Source of the DNA: Octopus sinensis | Lineage: Eukaryota | Direction of reading: 5' to 3' | Assembly: GCF_006345805.1 (NCBI RefSeq) | Contig: NW_021833065.1 | Coordinates: forward strand, 186,001-250,000 | DNA length: 64,000 nucleotides | Part shown: positions 24,517 through 37,447 of the stretch, one piece after another | Position numbering within the stretch: position 1 is the first letter of the stretch | How the letters are laid out: each line of letters begins with the position of its first letter | Notes under the pieces: model-generated | What the model was told of the DNA's origin: nothing | The model's input: the letters and a program-made list of their open reading frames with translations, nothing else | The model's database searches: none | Translations under genes and position numbers: made by a program

Positions 24517-27275
24517 TGTGTGTGTGTGTGTTTGTATCTTCACATGTTTTCAGACTGACACAGTTAAGTGATAATGTTTAGGTTTTATATTAACGAACAA
24601 TTCTGTGGGTCATCCAAAGGCATGGAATAAAAGTACCTTATTTCAAAATATGTGAGACTTAGTTGAAAATGAATATGGCTTAGTGTACTGCCTCAACAAA
24701 TCTCATCCAGCTCATGTGAGCATGGAAAATATGAATGTAAAAAATGTTTATGATGATGACAATGATGCACAATGCTTAAGTCAATGAGGTAAACTTTTGT
24801 GTGGTAGCTAAACCTGTAGAAACAGGAGCCAAATGTCACTCAAATTTTATGTATGTATATATGTATACATATCTTGACCTGATGGAGGTGATAGATAAAC
24901 CTCTCTCAAATCACACACTTTGGATTTTTGTATGTAGGAGCCAAGAGAAATTCATATATTGTAGCTGCACATGATGGAAAAAAGCAACTAAATCTCTCTC
25001 TCTCTCTCTCTCAAATCACACCCTACCATCATATCTATGAACAAACCTCTATGTAGTATCTTCCTGTTAGAAATACCTGCCGCTTCACTTTCAGGTCACA
25101 CCTTTCTGTTTTTTATATGTAACTTTGATACAATACCTGGGCATTGATTGCCATGAGCTTCTACTTGTCTAAATACATACATACGTACGTGTGTGTGTGT
25201 GTGTGTGTGTGTGAAGTTTACAGTATTAGTTTACAGTATACAGGATATTTAGTAACAGTATTATTTCAATGCTTACTTTTCCCTCTAGGAACCATTTACA
25301 TGATTATGAAATAAAATGAATAAATAAAAAAAAATTAATAGCAATTAATAATTGCTGTTAAGCCACTGGTAACAGTGAGTCAGAAAGATTCAGAAAAGGC
25401 CTAAAGCTTGCTTTATTCTATTTGGAATAGAAAAATCAAATAGAATTAGGGTTTTAAATTGATATAGCTAATTAGTTTGTTATTTCGTTTTCTTTTATAG
25501 GTCTGATCAGCTATATTCAAGCAGACCCATAGTTAAAGGCATACTATCCATGGCCAGTCCATCTTATTTTCAAACACATATGTGTTTTAAAAGGTGGTGT
25601 ATTATTTTGAAAAAAAAAAGATCTGGCTGCTATTTCTAGCTAGTTAACTATATAGAATCTCCCTTTCTATGTATCTTAAATAAATATTAAGAATAGGTAC
25701 ATGCAATGTATTTCAAATGAAACTGAACTCTTCCTATATTGGTTGAGAAGGTCCAGAAAGAAAAGCATTTTGTATGTATGTATGTATACATGTGTATATG
25801 TGCATACATATGTCTGTATTTCTGTGTGTGTGTACATATATCCGTATGTATGTATGTGTGTGTGTATACATGTTTTGGCCAGTTTATAAGAGATACAAAA
25901 AAATGTTAGAAGTTATAGTTCAACAAACACTAGGTTAAAGAGTAAATTTACACATCATGTTGGAGACTCAAGAATGCTAGTCTGAGAGTTATTTGTACTA
26001 TTTATATATGTTAAAACAATACTCTGTGTATATTTAAGATCAAGACCTTGTTGAGAATTAATTTTGTCTTAAGCATCTTCAATACATTTTATTGTTAACA
26101 TAATAACACTGGAGAGACATTAAAAATTAATAAAATAATATTTTTGCATATCAGAAGCTGCATGTTAAAGATGATATTTTTTCATATTCAAATGGCTTTG
26201 GTTAGTTTTATATTTTTGGGAAGGGAAAAAAATTTAATTCATTTTTAGTTAACTTTTATTTATGCTTAAAATGTAATGTGGTTTTTTTTTTTTATCATTA
26301 TTTAATAACATTTTTAACAAGCTGGAAGAGAGCGTCTCTGTTTGCTCAGCAGACTCAGAATAACAGCCAACTCACAATCAGATCACACTACTGTTTTAAA
26401 AATAGATAAAAAAAAAAAGGGACATGTTAGACGTTATAGTCTTCAGTAAACTATGCCTCAAGAACAGATGAGTCTACTGCTTTTAATCATGGCTGAACTG
26501 GAACTAAGCAGCAACAACAGACAAATCTTTGAAGGACATTCAATGTATGATAGTAATGTAGTAGTTTTTCTTTGAATATTTGTTAAACATCTATTAACTT
26601 TTACACAAATCAAATATGAGATAAGTGGTTAGCAAATATGTATACAATTAAGTGAAAAGAAATGCCTCTAATGAAAAGACTGATGTGTACAAAATACTGA
26701 AAAATTTCAGGATCATTTGAATGCAATCTAGGTTTAGCTTTGTCAGCCCATGATGAAGTGGGCAAATGGTGATAACATTGTTGATTCCAGTAGACAGCTA
26801 TTGTCATATTTCATATTAAATGCTCAATTTCCCGAAATAATCTTTACTAAAGGATCTTCAAACAGCATTTACTTGATAATTTATGTAGGACAGAACAAAA
26901 AATAATAATAATAATAACTGACCCTAATCTCTCATTGAATATGTATAACATTCAAATATAATTTAACTTGTTTAAGTTTTTTTTATCATATGACCAAACA
27001 AGTATTTCATTGCCCTGCCCTTATAGATGACATTGTCCAATCCATTAAGAATATCTGACTTTACCTCAAACACTAATTTAATCATTTATACTGTTTGAAC
27101 TTATGAATACTACTTAACGTCTCTTACACATATCGTTTTATAACATTGATTTCTCCTATCCCTCCATGCTTCCTATGTACTAAATGTGTTTATTGACTTA
27201 GGATTACAATTATTGTTGTTTGGTCATTTGTGATAGTTTTGTTCACAACAATTTCATTGATCAATTGATTCGCAG

Positions 27276-27287
27276 GAATTAGGTCAG
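27276..27287 (+). CDS. candidate 12-nt microexon GAATTAGGTCAG
   Basis: TTCGCAG acceptor and CAG|GTATAC donor; open in phase 0 (ELGQ) and phase 1 (xIRS). Polypyrimidine tract is weak. Confidence 0.22.
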
Positions 27288-27759
27288 GTATACAAATGTT
27301 TGTAAGAATATTTGATTCTAATATTTGTTACAAGTTGTGTGGATTATGAATTACAGGTTTGGGAGAATGTCTCTTCAAATTCCACCTTACAGGCTTGATA
27401 AAATAAGAATAATTCACTGCAATTGACTGCACATCTCTCAGAATTTCTAGCTTTGTACCATTGTTAAACCTCATAAATTTATGGTGAATGAATTTTAACA
27501 CAGATACAAGGCCACATTTTCTAGGAAGGCTATAACCAGTTATAATTAGGAGAATTATATTTCATCAACCTTTGAATGATTATCTGCTTAGTCAACCTGA
27601 CAAAATTTCAACTTGGGAATGTAAAGTGATGTAGCTAAATTCATTCAGGCTGCTCTGTCTCAATGCAAGAATGGATCCATTTTAAATTACTTAAGGTATT
27701 CTGAAGAGATAGATAGAGCATTTCACAGACCTTTCTCATATTCCACCCACGATAGTTAA

Positions 27760-28060
27760 GAAAGTCAGATCTGCTGCTCTTTGTTATTGAAGAAATGGAT
27801 AATAATCCTAACATAGAGAAATCGTAATTACCATTGAACTGATCAACTCAGGTAAAGACCTTGAAGCTCATGGTATATCAGCTGAAGTTACCAAGCATGG
27901 TGGGGATGTAGTAACTGTTCTTGAGATCATGCTAATTGCCAATATCTGGAATGATTCACTAATTCTACAGGATAATTTCATAGCACATGGGAAAAAGTGC
28001 CATGTTAAATCAGTGACTTCCATACTATTTCCTTACTAGTAAATGTAAGATATTCACTAG
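27760..28060 (+). mobile_element. highly degenerate RTE-like RT remnant
   Basis: SGKDLEAHGISAEVTKHGGDVV resembles the GKAPGxDGIPAExxKxGG motif. Confidence 0.5.
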
Positions 28061-29539
28061 ACTTTTATTGAATCATCTATTGACATATATATATATACTC
28101 CATCATTGTCCCAGAATCTCAAAGTAATCAATCCAAAGATGTACAGATGTCTCTCCAGCCCATCTTATTCACAGCTAGTCTTAAGTGTCCTCTCAGAATA
28201 CATGGATATATGACAATAAATTAGTGACAAGAGATGGTATAAGATTGTTGACATCTGATAAGATAAAGTAGTTATGTGTAGATGTATGTCTCTCTTGTTT
28301 GTCCATTCTTTCTGAAAATGATCAAGATAGGTTCCTATGATTAATTTGTTGATGGCAGGTAGCCTATCCAAGACATATATGTATGTGTGTGTATATATAT
28401 GTATGTGTGTGTATATATATGTAAGTATATGTATATATATGCATGTATGTGTATATATATGTGTATGTATACATCATGTGTGCATGCACACTTACACATT
28501 GTTCAAATTGTCATTAAGCTCTACATAAAAAAATGCAAAAGTCAAAATTTGGAAACACTTTGGGCAATTTGTCAAGTAGTAGTTTAGTTCTATCAGATTA
28601 TAGTTCTAACATGCTAATGCAATAAAGCTAAATGTTGTTTGTTCATGTATATCTCCTCCACCTTAAATGCCATTTCATGTCAGAAGACAAAGCAGTCCTT
28701 CATATATCCTTCAGCTAAGTGTATCAAATGAAGTGGTTGATCTAATAACTGGTAACTGTGAAAGAAATGCTTACTAGATGTGTTGATAGTATATTTAACA
28801 TTAAAAAAAATATTAAATCAGTTTTATTTACTTCAAATATTTATACTACTAATAGCCCACCAATTATAGAAAATAATGAAAATGGCAGTGACAATAGTGT
28901 TGCCAGTGATTAATATTTTATTGAAGATTGAGTAATGATGATATTCAAAAAGATACGGAAAGAGATGTTATAACCAGGTGCATTGTTTACAGTGGCTCAG
29001 TTGCTAAAGAATTCAATGGACTGTCCTTCAAAATACATTTGCTGTAGTCCATGACATTTAATCTAAAGGTGATGATCTAGTTTGGTGACAGATTTGGGAA
29101 AAAAGCTTTCTCTCAAGTTGTTAAGCATGAGATGCATACTTGCAAGGATGCACTTGAAAGAAAGATTTATGTTGTTATATGCTGAAATATGTCTTTGGAA
29201 AGAATTGATCAGTATGAATTTGTAATTGCTTTTAATTCTCACCAGTATTTAACTTTATTAAAAGATCCTTGGTAACTCTTGTGAATTTTGAGCCAGTTTA
29301 GGTGCAAAAACACCAGGTCATGGTCATGCATATGATTAAAAATAAATTGATCCCTTCATAAGCTATAGTAACTGTTCAACACTGGTTTTAATGATAAATT
29401 CATTTGACTGGTCCTTGATTGAACACTAAGTAACTTCTTCAACCTGACTTGTATCCAAAAATGAAATTATCAAGAATTGGCCAAACAGCTACAATCAGCA
29501 TTAAATTAACTAATATTTCGTTGCCAAACCCACCTTACT

Positions 29540-29865
29540 GACTCTGGTGCCAGTGGCACGTAAAAAGCACCAACCAATCATGACTGATGCCAGTACCCCC
29601 TGACTGGCTCCTGTGCTGGTGGCACACAAAAAGCACCATCTATACGTGATCATTGCCAGGTCCGCCTTAAGGGTTCCTGTGCCGGTGGCACGTAAAAAGC
29701 ACCCACTACACTCTTGAAGTTGTTGGTGTTAGGAAGGGCATCCAGCTGTAGAAACTCTGCCAGACTAGATTGGAGCCTGGTGCAGCTGCTGGCTCTCCAG
29801 ACAGCAGTCAAACCATCCAACCTATGCCAGCATGGAAAACGAACGTTAATCAATGATGATAATGA
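29540..29865 (+). mobile_element. RTE 3'UTR/3'-end fragment
   Basis: GGTGGCACGTAAAAAGCACC repeats, TTAGGAAGGGCATCCAGCTGTAG, ends ACGTTAATCAATGATGAT. Confidence 0.88.
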
Positions 29866-30836
29866 AATATATATATATATATATATATAGTGTATTTAAG
29901 CCAGTCCAGAGGAATAGCTGAAACCATATCTACCTTCATTTGCAACCTTTTTTGTTAGTGCCAAAAGATGGGGCAAGCCTTTTCAGAACTGGTATTTTAA
30001 AAATACCCTCCTTCTTCCAGCTCTAAATATTCCAGTAAATTTTTTTTTTTAACCAGTGAAAGCTATTTATATGGGAAGTCTGTCTATGTGCCTTTTCCAC
30101 ATTTAAGCAAGTTTGATAAACAATAAGTAACACCATGTCGAAAAGAGATGCATATGCTGGATAACAGTGTTCATAAGTCAGGGATTGAGAATTCCATTTT
30201 TACATTCTGGAAAAATGTTTAATGTCTCATACCAAACACTTATATATATATATATATATACAGAGAGAGGGAGAGAGAGAACTACTAAAATATTGATGAT
30301 TTATGCGCGAGACGTGTAGTAGTGGCAGCAGTGATGGTAAAGAATAATGCTTGCTTATTCAATAAGGCATTTGTAAGTACTAATTTGGTGGGCCAAATTA
30401 TTGAAAGGCACTATAGTATATTTGGTAATGTGGTTGGTTGTCTGGCATACTGCAGATATCTCCCATTGGCAGTTCTGTTTAGTATATGCATGGACAGATA
30501 AAGACAAATCAGTTATAAGCATGTCTCAATTCTTATTGGAATTGTCATTAGCAACTGCGTACTTTCTTTACTTGCCCGCAAATACACTGCCCATAAGCCC
30601 AATGTTACTTAATACATAAAGTACACATATTAAAAGACTATACCTATATGTATATGGTATTTTAATGTGTGTTTCATATATGCATTATACATAGTCGTTA
30701 AAAAAATAACAGTAAAAATACTTTGTTTATTGTGTCTGTCAAGAAATGATTCATAGTTTCTTTCACTGCTCAGCTGTTGTTAAATTAGGAATACTGTAGT
30801 TGGAGATATATTACTTATGCAATTCTCTCTTGATAG

Positions 30837-30850
30837 GGCAAAAAGATACA
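30837..30850 (+). CDS. candidate 14-nt microexon GGCAAAAAGATACA (phase 1 to 0: xQKDT)
   Basis: TATGCAATTCTCTCTTGATAG acceptor, consensus GTGAGT donor, purine-rich body. Confidence 0.4.
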
Positions 30851-31266
30851 GTGAGTTACTTGTTGGCACGTTGATGAATAAAAACCAGTAGATTTTGCAA
30901 CAGTGTAAAATTTAATAGGAAAATATAATCATTGTTATTTATGTGTGTACAATCATATTTAATACATTCATATATATTTATATGTAGTAAGATTTTTTTT
31001 GGCTGTGGAAATAGTCTTGGGAGAAAATTCTCCTCATTAACAAAATATTGAAAACACATCACTGGGCTGAGAAAGATGTCATCAGATTTGCAGGGCTATG
31101 AAAGACTGATTTAGTATTTGCAGCTGATGAAACATAATGATGCATCCTACAATCCAATAATGTATTTTCACACATTGAAGAGAATTTTTTCCTGGAGACT
31201 ATTTCCACAGCCAGAAGTCCTTTCTACATCCTATATTTCATTCAGCACTGCTTCATCTGTCTCTGC

Positions 31267-31470
31267 AAGCTGGCAGAATCATTAGCACACCAGACAAAAT
31301 TCTTTGTGCCATTTCTTTCAGCTTTATCTTCTAAGTTCAAATTCCTGACTTTGTCTTTCATTGTTTCAGGGTCAATAAAATAGATCTTTGGGGTCAATGT
31401 GAGCAGCTACCCTCCACTCCCAATCTAAAAATTTCAGGAATTGTGACTAAAGTAGAAAGGATTATTATTT
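31267..31470 (+). mobile_element. degenerate SINE family A
   Basis: AAGCTGGCAGAATCATTAGCAC ... GTTCAAATTCC ... CTTTCATTGTTTCAGGGTCAATAAAATA. Confidence 0.75.
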
Positions 31471-32058
31471 ATTAAGAATAGACAGTTTGTGTGGGTGAAA
31501 GAATTTTTGGATGGAGGAGGGAGAAACTTGGGTTAGAGTGATGGAATGTATAGATTAAGCCAAAGCAGAACAGCTATTGAGTTTCTTAGATAAATAGAGT
31601 TCATTGTTGTTTAGGTTCCTTTGGTAGTGACCAGAATCACTCATGCATGAAGTTAGGTTAAGGCTTTGAGAATTTGAAGCAGATGCCTTATATGAACAGT
31701 GGTAAATACACACCCTCCCAGACATATTCACACCAAGATAATAAATGTTCACACCCTAAAGTCCAAGCACTTATCTCTATACATACAATATTACATCCAG
31801 CTATATATACAGATATTCTGATACAGACACAAATAAATCAACTCATTCCACTATAGAAAATAGGAATAAAATTATGCTAACTATAAATACACACATGTTG
31901 TTGGGTAACAATTCAGAAAAGAAGTACTCAATAGAAATGTAGCATGCAGTTATCAAAGCTGGTTCAGTGACCTGTTACTCTAGACTGGCTTAAATAAACT
32001 ACACATATAAAAATGTACACTCACATTTGCAAACATCACAATAAGTGCATGCAAGCAA

Positions 32059-32125
32059 ACACACACACTCTCTCTCACTCTCTCTCTCTCACACACACAC
32101 ACATTCTCTCTCTCTCACACACACA

Positions 32126-32212
<87 letters not shown>

Positions 32213-32268
32213 ACTCTCTCTCTCTCTCTCTCTCTCTCACACTCACACACACACACACACACACACAC
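32059..32268. repeat. compound alternating (CA)n/(CT)n microsatellite
   Basis: Directly visible; source of the spurious HT/SL/ER ORFs. Confidence 0.95.
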
Positions 32269-33119
32269 AAACTTCATAAATCATTACTTTGAGTTTTCAT
32301 GTTGCTGATCATTGGATGGAAGTAAAACATAACATTGAAAAAAAATATTAAAATTCATAAAAATAATGAAAAATTATTTAAAAAAGGTAATGTTTCACTA
32401 CAACATAAATCATTATTAATGCACTGCCAACTCCACAGATTAGCTGATTAGATGTATGAGAAAGAAAGAGAGTTGATATAGAAGGAAACAGCCTATATAT
32501 ATATATATACCGTGATATATTTTACCTAATTTGAACAAAATGAAGACACATATCAGAATATGCCTTTGATAAAATCAGTGATTCTCAATCATATTTTTAC
32601 CTGTGGACCCCTCTGATTAATATTTTACTTGGGTGGATCCTCATAGCCATTTGATATTTACAAAAATCCTATAAGAATTTAACATGTGGACCTAGTTGAA
32701 CCACTGGATAAAGTGAACACACAGATACTCACTTTTGTGCAAAGTAAAACCATAAACCACAGAAAAGATCAAACACAGACAAATGCATAATAGTTTAGAT
32801 CTCATTCAAGTATTAAAATGTCTACCATTGCTCAGCAAAAGTGTTTTAACTAAAATAGTTTAAAAGTATAAAAATAATAGTGATCATGAACAATAGTATG
32901 TAAGAAGGTATAAAAGGCTGTTATTAATGATAGGTAAATCACTTATAATGGCTCATTATCAAAATCAAAACTAGTTGTGAAGCATGATGATCAACAGCCA
33001 AACAGTTCAAATTCCAACATTGATGGATTCATACCAGCCTTGTCTCTTTCAGTGCAAAAAACAAAAAAAAACTCATCACACTTACAAGCAGCATGCAATT
33101 CATGTGCTTGTAACCACTC

Positions 33120-33480
33120 TTAATACTAGACCTCATTACCACTGAGAATCTCTCCTGATGAACTCACATTCTGAACAGGAAATAAAAAAATTGAATCTCA
33201 AGAACTGGCTCTTTTCTTGAAAGAAAATATTTTCAATCCTCAACAATTATTGATCTTCTACAAAGTTTCTCAATAGCATATTGTTCTCACATCTGGCATA
33301 GTGCTACAACTTCATACAGGTGGACTGCAATAGAAAAGCCAGCTAACATTGATCACAGGCCTCTGGCCTGCAGACCTGCTCTCTTCTCCTTTGCCTTTTC
33401 TAATACTACTACACTTACCTCAGCTCTCTGGAGCTGGCTGGCCTTGTGTCCAACCCTCCAGGTTCTACACTTACTGCTAT
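33120..33480 (+). mobile_element. degenerate CR1/L2-type LINE remnant
   Basis: TENLS*.THI, QLLIFYK, YCSHIWHSA and SLELAGLV resemble NLSWxxHI, LYKxxxRPxLEYCSHIW and CSSEL motifs. Confidence 0.55.
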
Positions 33481-33999
33481 GTTTTTTCTTATCTCTCTAG
33501 AATATCAGCCTTGTGAAGAAATTTTCTCACTACACATATCTTTCCTGCAATCACTAACCAATATGGCCTGTCCCATCTCTCTAGAACATAAGCCATGCAG
33601 AAATCTCTCCCTGAATATATATTTCCCATTCAAACTGTTCCAACTTGGAACAGTTTAAGTAGGATACTAACAGCATCAGTCTCACTGATCTGAGAAGTCC
33701 TGCTAAAGTTGTGGGCATGATCTCACTTTCTCTAGATTTAGGTTTAAGAGAAAAAAAAAAGCATAATAATAGATATGATCTTTTGTTTTATAATAAATCT
33801 CAATACAACTATTTATTTCATTGTACCTGGGCAAGTAGGGAAGGTAGCAAATTGGAATTAAAAAATATGGGACATAACTAATTATTGTTTTCTGATATTG
33901 GTCACACATTCTGTGGGAGGATACAGACAATTAAATTGACCCTCCTTTCATTGCAGAATCTTGAAAAGCAAGGCTTACTCCCAACTTGTCAAACATTAA

Positions 34000-34217
34000 A
34001 CCTTTATCATTTAAACCAGCCATATTTGGCCCAAATATTCTACCTACTTTATGTTTCAACCAATCAGATCCAGCCTCTCACACCTACTCTTCAATATCAT
34101 TCTAAATAATCAATCACATTATCAAAATCTCCAAGCTATGGGATAATGCATGATTAATTCAAAGCAATATGAATATATAAGCAATACATTTGACAGAGTA
34201 ATCTGAATGTTAAAAGG
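34000..34217. mobile_element. piggyBac-type MITE
   Basis: TTAA flanks; internal match to 16971-17181. Confidence 0.72.
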
Positions 34218-34487
34218 TTAAAGAAAAGAAAGCAATGTCGGTGACCCTACAAAATCCCCAGGAACCTCTTCCCTCAGACCAAACCAATGAAAAGGTCTCC
34301 CCCTCTACAGAAAAAAAATACCCTTCCACTACAATATTAGAACACATATTAATGCCTTTAATATTAGAACACAGAATAATATTATAAATATTAAAAAAAT
34401 GAAATCTCATCTTGAATTCACAGGATATAAAGAATGACTTGAAATGCATTTTTTTAATAATAACTCAGACTTATCATTTCTTGTTAC

Positions 34488-34520
34488 CTTCATTGCGTAA
34501 CAACTTAGAGAAATAGACAT
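34488..34520 (-). CDS. candidate antisense first coding exon MSISLSCYAMK
   Basis: ATG at 34520 in frame to an AAG|GTAACA phase-0 donor; adjacent CpG-retaining segment with TCAGT at about 34582-86 on the minus strand. Confidence 0.25.
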
Positions 34521-35276
34521 TATTCTTCACTTTTTATTTTTTGAGGTGTAAAAAATTTCTTTGCTCAACTACGACGTGGCCACTGATACTGTTGTGACGA
34601 GATTGCAGTTGCGCTATGAAAATGTTGACATCAAGAAATCAATTAAAAGTGAATTTGACAAGTTTTTGTGTGATTTTAAATATCTAAAAGAATTCTTCTG
34701 CGATGTAATAGCTTGTTTTTAACACCCAGTCTCAACCCTCACATCAAATCACTTGCTATTTGTGCAACTCCAAAAGTAGCATCATGTAAAACATTCATTG
34801 ACATTTCAAAGTTATTTCATGTATCAAAATACCAGAAAATTTGTCCTTGGCATCAAGATAATTGTTAAAATTATTAACTTTTCGTATTTTTTAATGGTTT
34901 CAAAAGAACGCAGTGAGGTTTTTTTTGCTTTCGAAGCTAATTTGGACCAGGGGAAACAACTCTTTAGTAACATTGTTGCTCTTATGAAGATTATTATTTT
35001 TAATATTAAATGAACGCGATGTGGGAGTGAGCAATTATAGTATTAAATTTCGTTGAGCTGTAATCAGATATCAGATGCTATACACAATTGTTGATACTAA
35101 CATTAATTTGTCTGTTAAGGATAGACACTTAGAAAGAGTTTGTGTTTTGACGTGCCGTATCCTAACTATCAACCTGCTTAAAGAGAAAGAAAATGTTCAG
35201 CCCTATAAAGGGAGTTTATTCGGATTAAAATTAATTGAAAAATCTCTGAATAACAAAACTGAAAGAAAACATAAAA

Positions 35277-35628
35277 TTACCTTTACTGTCATTTACCTTT
35301 ACTGTAGCACCGCCTTGAGGAATTTTAGTCAAACTAATCGACCCCCGTACTTATTTTCTTTCTAAGTTTGATATTTATTTTATCGGTTTCTTTTGCCGAA
35401 CCGCTAAGTTACGGGGGTCGTAAACACACCAACATCGGTTTCAAGCGGGGGGGGGGCGAAAACACACACACGATAGGCGTCTTTCAGTTTCCGACAACCA
35501 CACCCGCTTACAGGGCTTTGCTCAGCCCAAGGTAGAAGACACTTGCCCAAGATGCCACATAGTGGGACTGAACGTGGAACCATGTGGTTGGGAAGCAACC
35601 TTCTTACCACTTAGTGGCGCCTACTCCT
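35277..35628 (-). mobile_element. SINE family B
   Basis: Matches 8735-9180; CpGs retained. Confidence 0.85.
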
Positions 35629-37447
35629 TACTACTAAAGTTCTGAAAACTATTTTGGAAATGTACATTCTTTGAACAACTTTTTTGTTTCAAGATACACA
35701 TCTTGTGTTTTCTAAGTGATTTAGTTTTTAAATATAATTGGCAAATTTCATTAAAACTACTTTTAGCTAAGCTACTATTTTTGTAGCTAAGCTACTGTTT
35801 TTGTTTTAGGAAAATCATTGTTGATATATAAAAGTTTTCTTATTTTCTTATCAGAGCCCCAGCCCCCCCCCTTTTTTTTTTTACATACCCATAAGCTTTT
35901 TTATCTACTAATAAATTGCCTACAATCCACTTTGATAGTGTAATGCATGTTTTTCACATCCCATATGGTATCTAAAGCAACTATTTTAATTAATTTCAGT
36001 TACCTTGTATATGTATGCAACAAACACGAGAGTAGATCTCAAGTTGCAAGAGTAAAAAGAAAGAGATCATTAACCTCAATATATATAACTAAATAAATAC
36101 AGTATCTTACTAATTGCTATATTGACATTATAAAGGCAAATGTAAACACATATTAATAGATATACATACATCCATTAATGGTTTTCAGCAGTGAGACAAC
36201 TCTGGAAGAAACACTGTTTGTAAAATTAGTTGTATGGGCTCATTACAAAACTAAAAACAAATAGTCTATATATAGTTGTACAAATATGGTTGCGTGTGTA
36301 ATATGTAATACAGGGAGTTGGAGAACTTGAATTATTTCAGATTATCCAAGCAATTAGTAGACGCTTTGTCTCGGAGTGTTTAATACTAAAAACAACAAGC
36401 AGAGGAGTCACCCCCATTAAGATCAGTTAAGCAAAGTTTTTGAACAATGTAGACCAAAGGGTGAAGAGAGGCGCCTTTTGATGTTGGAAGTTGTTCTGAA
36501 GTTAGCTGCTTGTTTTAGCATTACTGCATTTAAAAAGTAGAAGAATGAAAGAAAGTAATTATATTGCTAAACAAACTTATTACTTTCTAAAATAAAATTA
36601 TTCATAAAAAGAAAATGTTAAAAATTATAACCCTGGACTTTTGAAATAACATCCTTACTGTAATTTAAATTGAATTAAAAAATGTTTTTTTTAGATTTCT
36701 GTTTGAAATACAAAAGTGATTGCTTTTAAGCAAGTGATTTCAAATGCAGACATAGAAATACAAATAGATGTTTCTAAAATTCACAATTAGTTGTAAAGAG
36801 AAATAGATGACACAGTGCACCAAGGTTTGATGATTTTTAAATTTCATTCTGTTATAATTTGAGCAACACTGGCAGTCTATTTTTCATGTGTACAAATGTA
36901 ACATTCATAGCAGGAAGAGCATCAAACAATGCATTAATACCATGTATTCATCCAACCCATACTAGCATAGAAAAACCGTGTAAACAACATATATATATAT
37001 ATATATATGAGAAAAGGTTGAGTTCTATTTCATCCTTTACTTTGTGGGGTTGAAAAGGTCGATTTTTAATAAAGATTCTTCATATTTCATTAGTAGCTTA
37101 CTGTTGTAAGAATTTTGCGAATATGAAAATGCTACAAGTATTAGGTGTGTTATGAGAATTTCTAGAACAAATATCCTATAGAAACTCAACAAACTGTTAA
37201 AGATGGAGAAGAGATGTTAAAAGTTTGAAAAGAATTTAATCCATGCAAACAATCATTTCAAACAGCAATATTAACATGTAAATAACATGGTAGAAAAATT
37301 AGAAATTAATTTAATTATAATTAAATTAATTACATATTACTGTTCTCCTCATTGCAAAAAAAGAATACATCAAAAAAATATTATTATTGTTACAGAAGAC
37401 TTGATAGAGTGAGTGTCACATAGCATATTCGGATATACGTATTATAC

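Noticed and set aside
32013-32308. His/Thr/Ser/Leu-repeat ORFs
   Set aside because: Translations of (CA)n/(CT)n microsatellites.
33162-33192. Minus-strand 3-nt microexon pattern TTTATTTCCTGTTCAG|AAT|GTGAGT
   Set aside because: Lies in the antisense of a CR1/L2 remnant (NLSWxxHI motif). Not supported unless antisense transcription is shown.
33412-33475. Minus-strand GAG|GTAAGT donor
   Set aside because: Inside the CR1/L2 remnant, with no credible acceptor.
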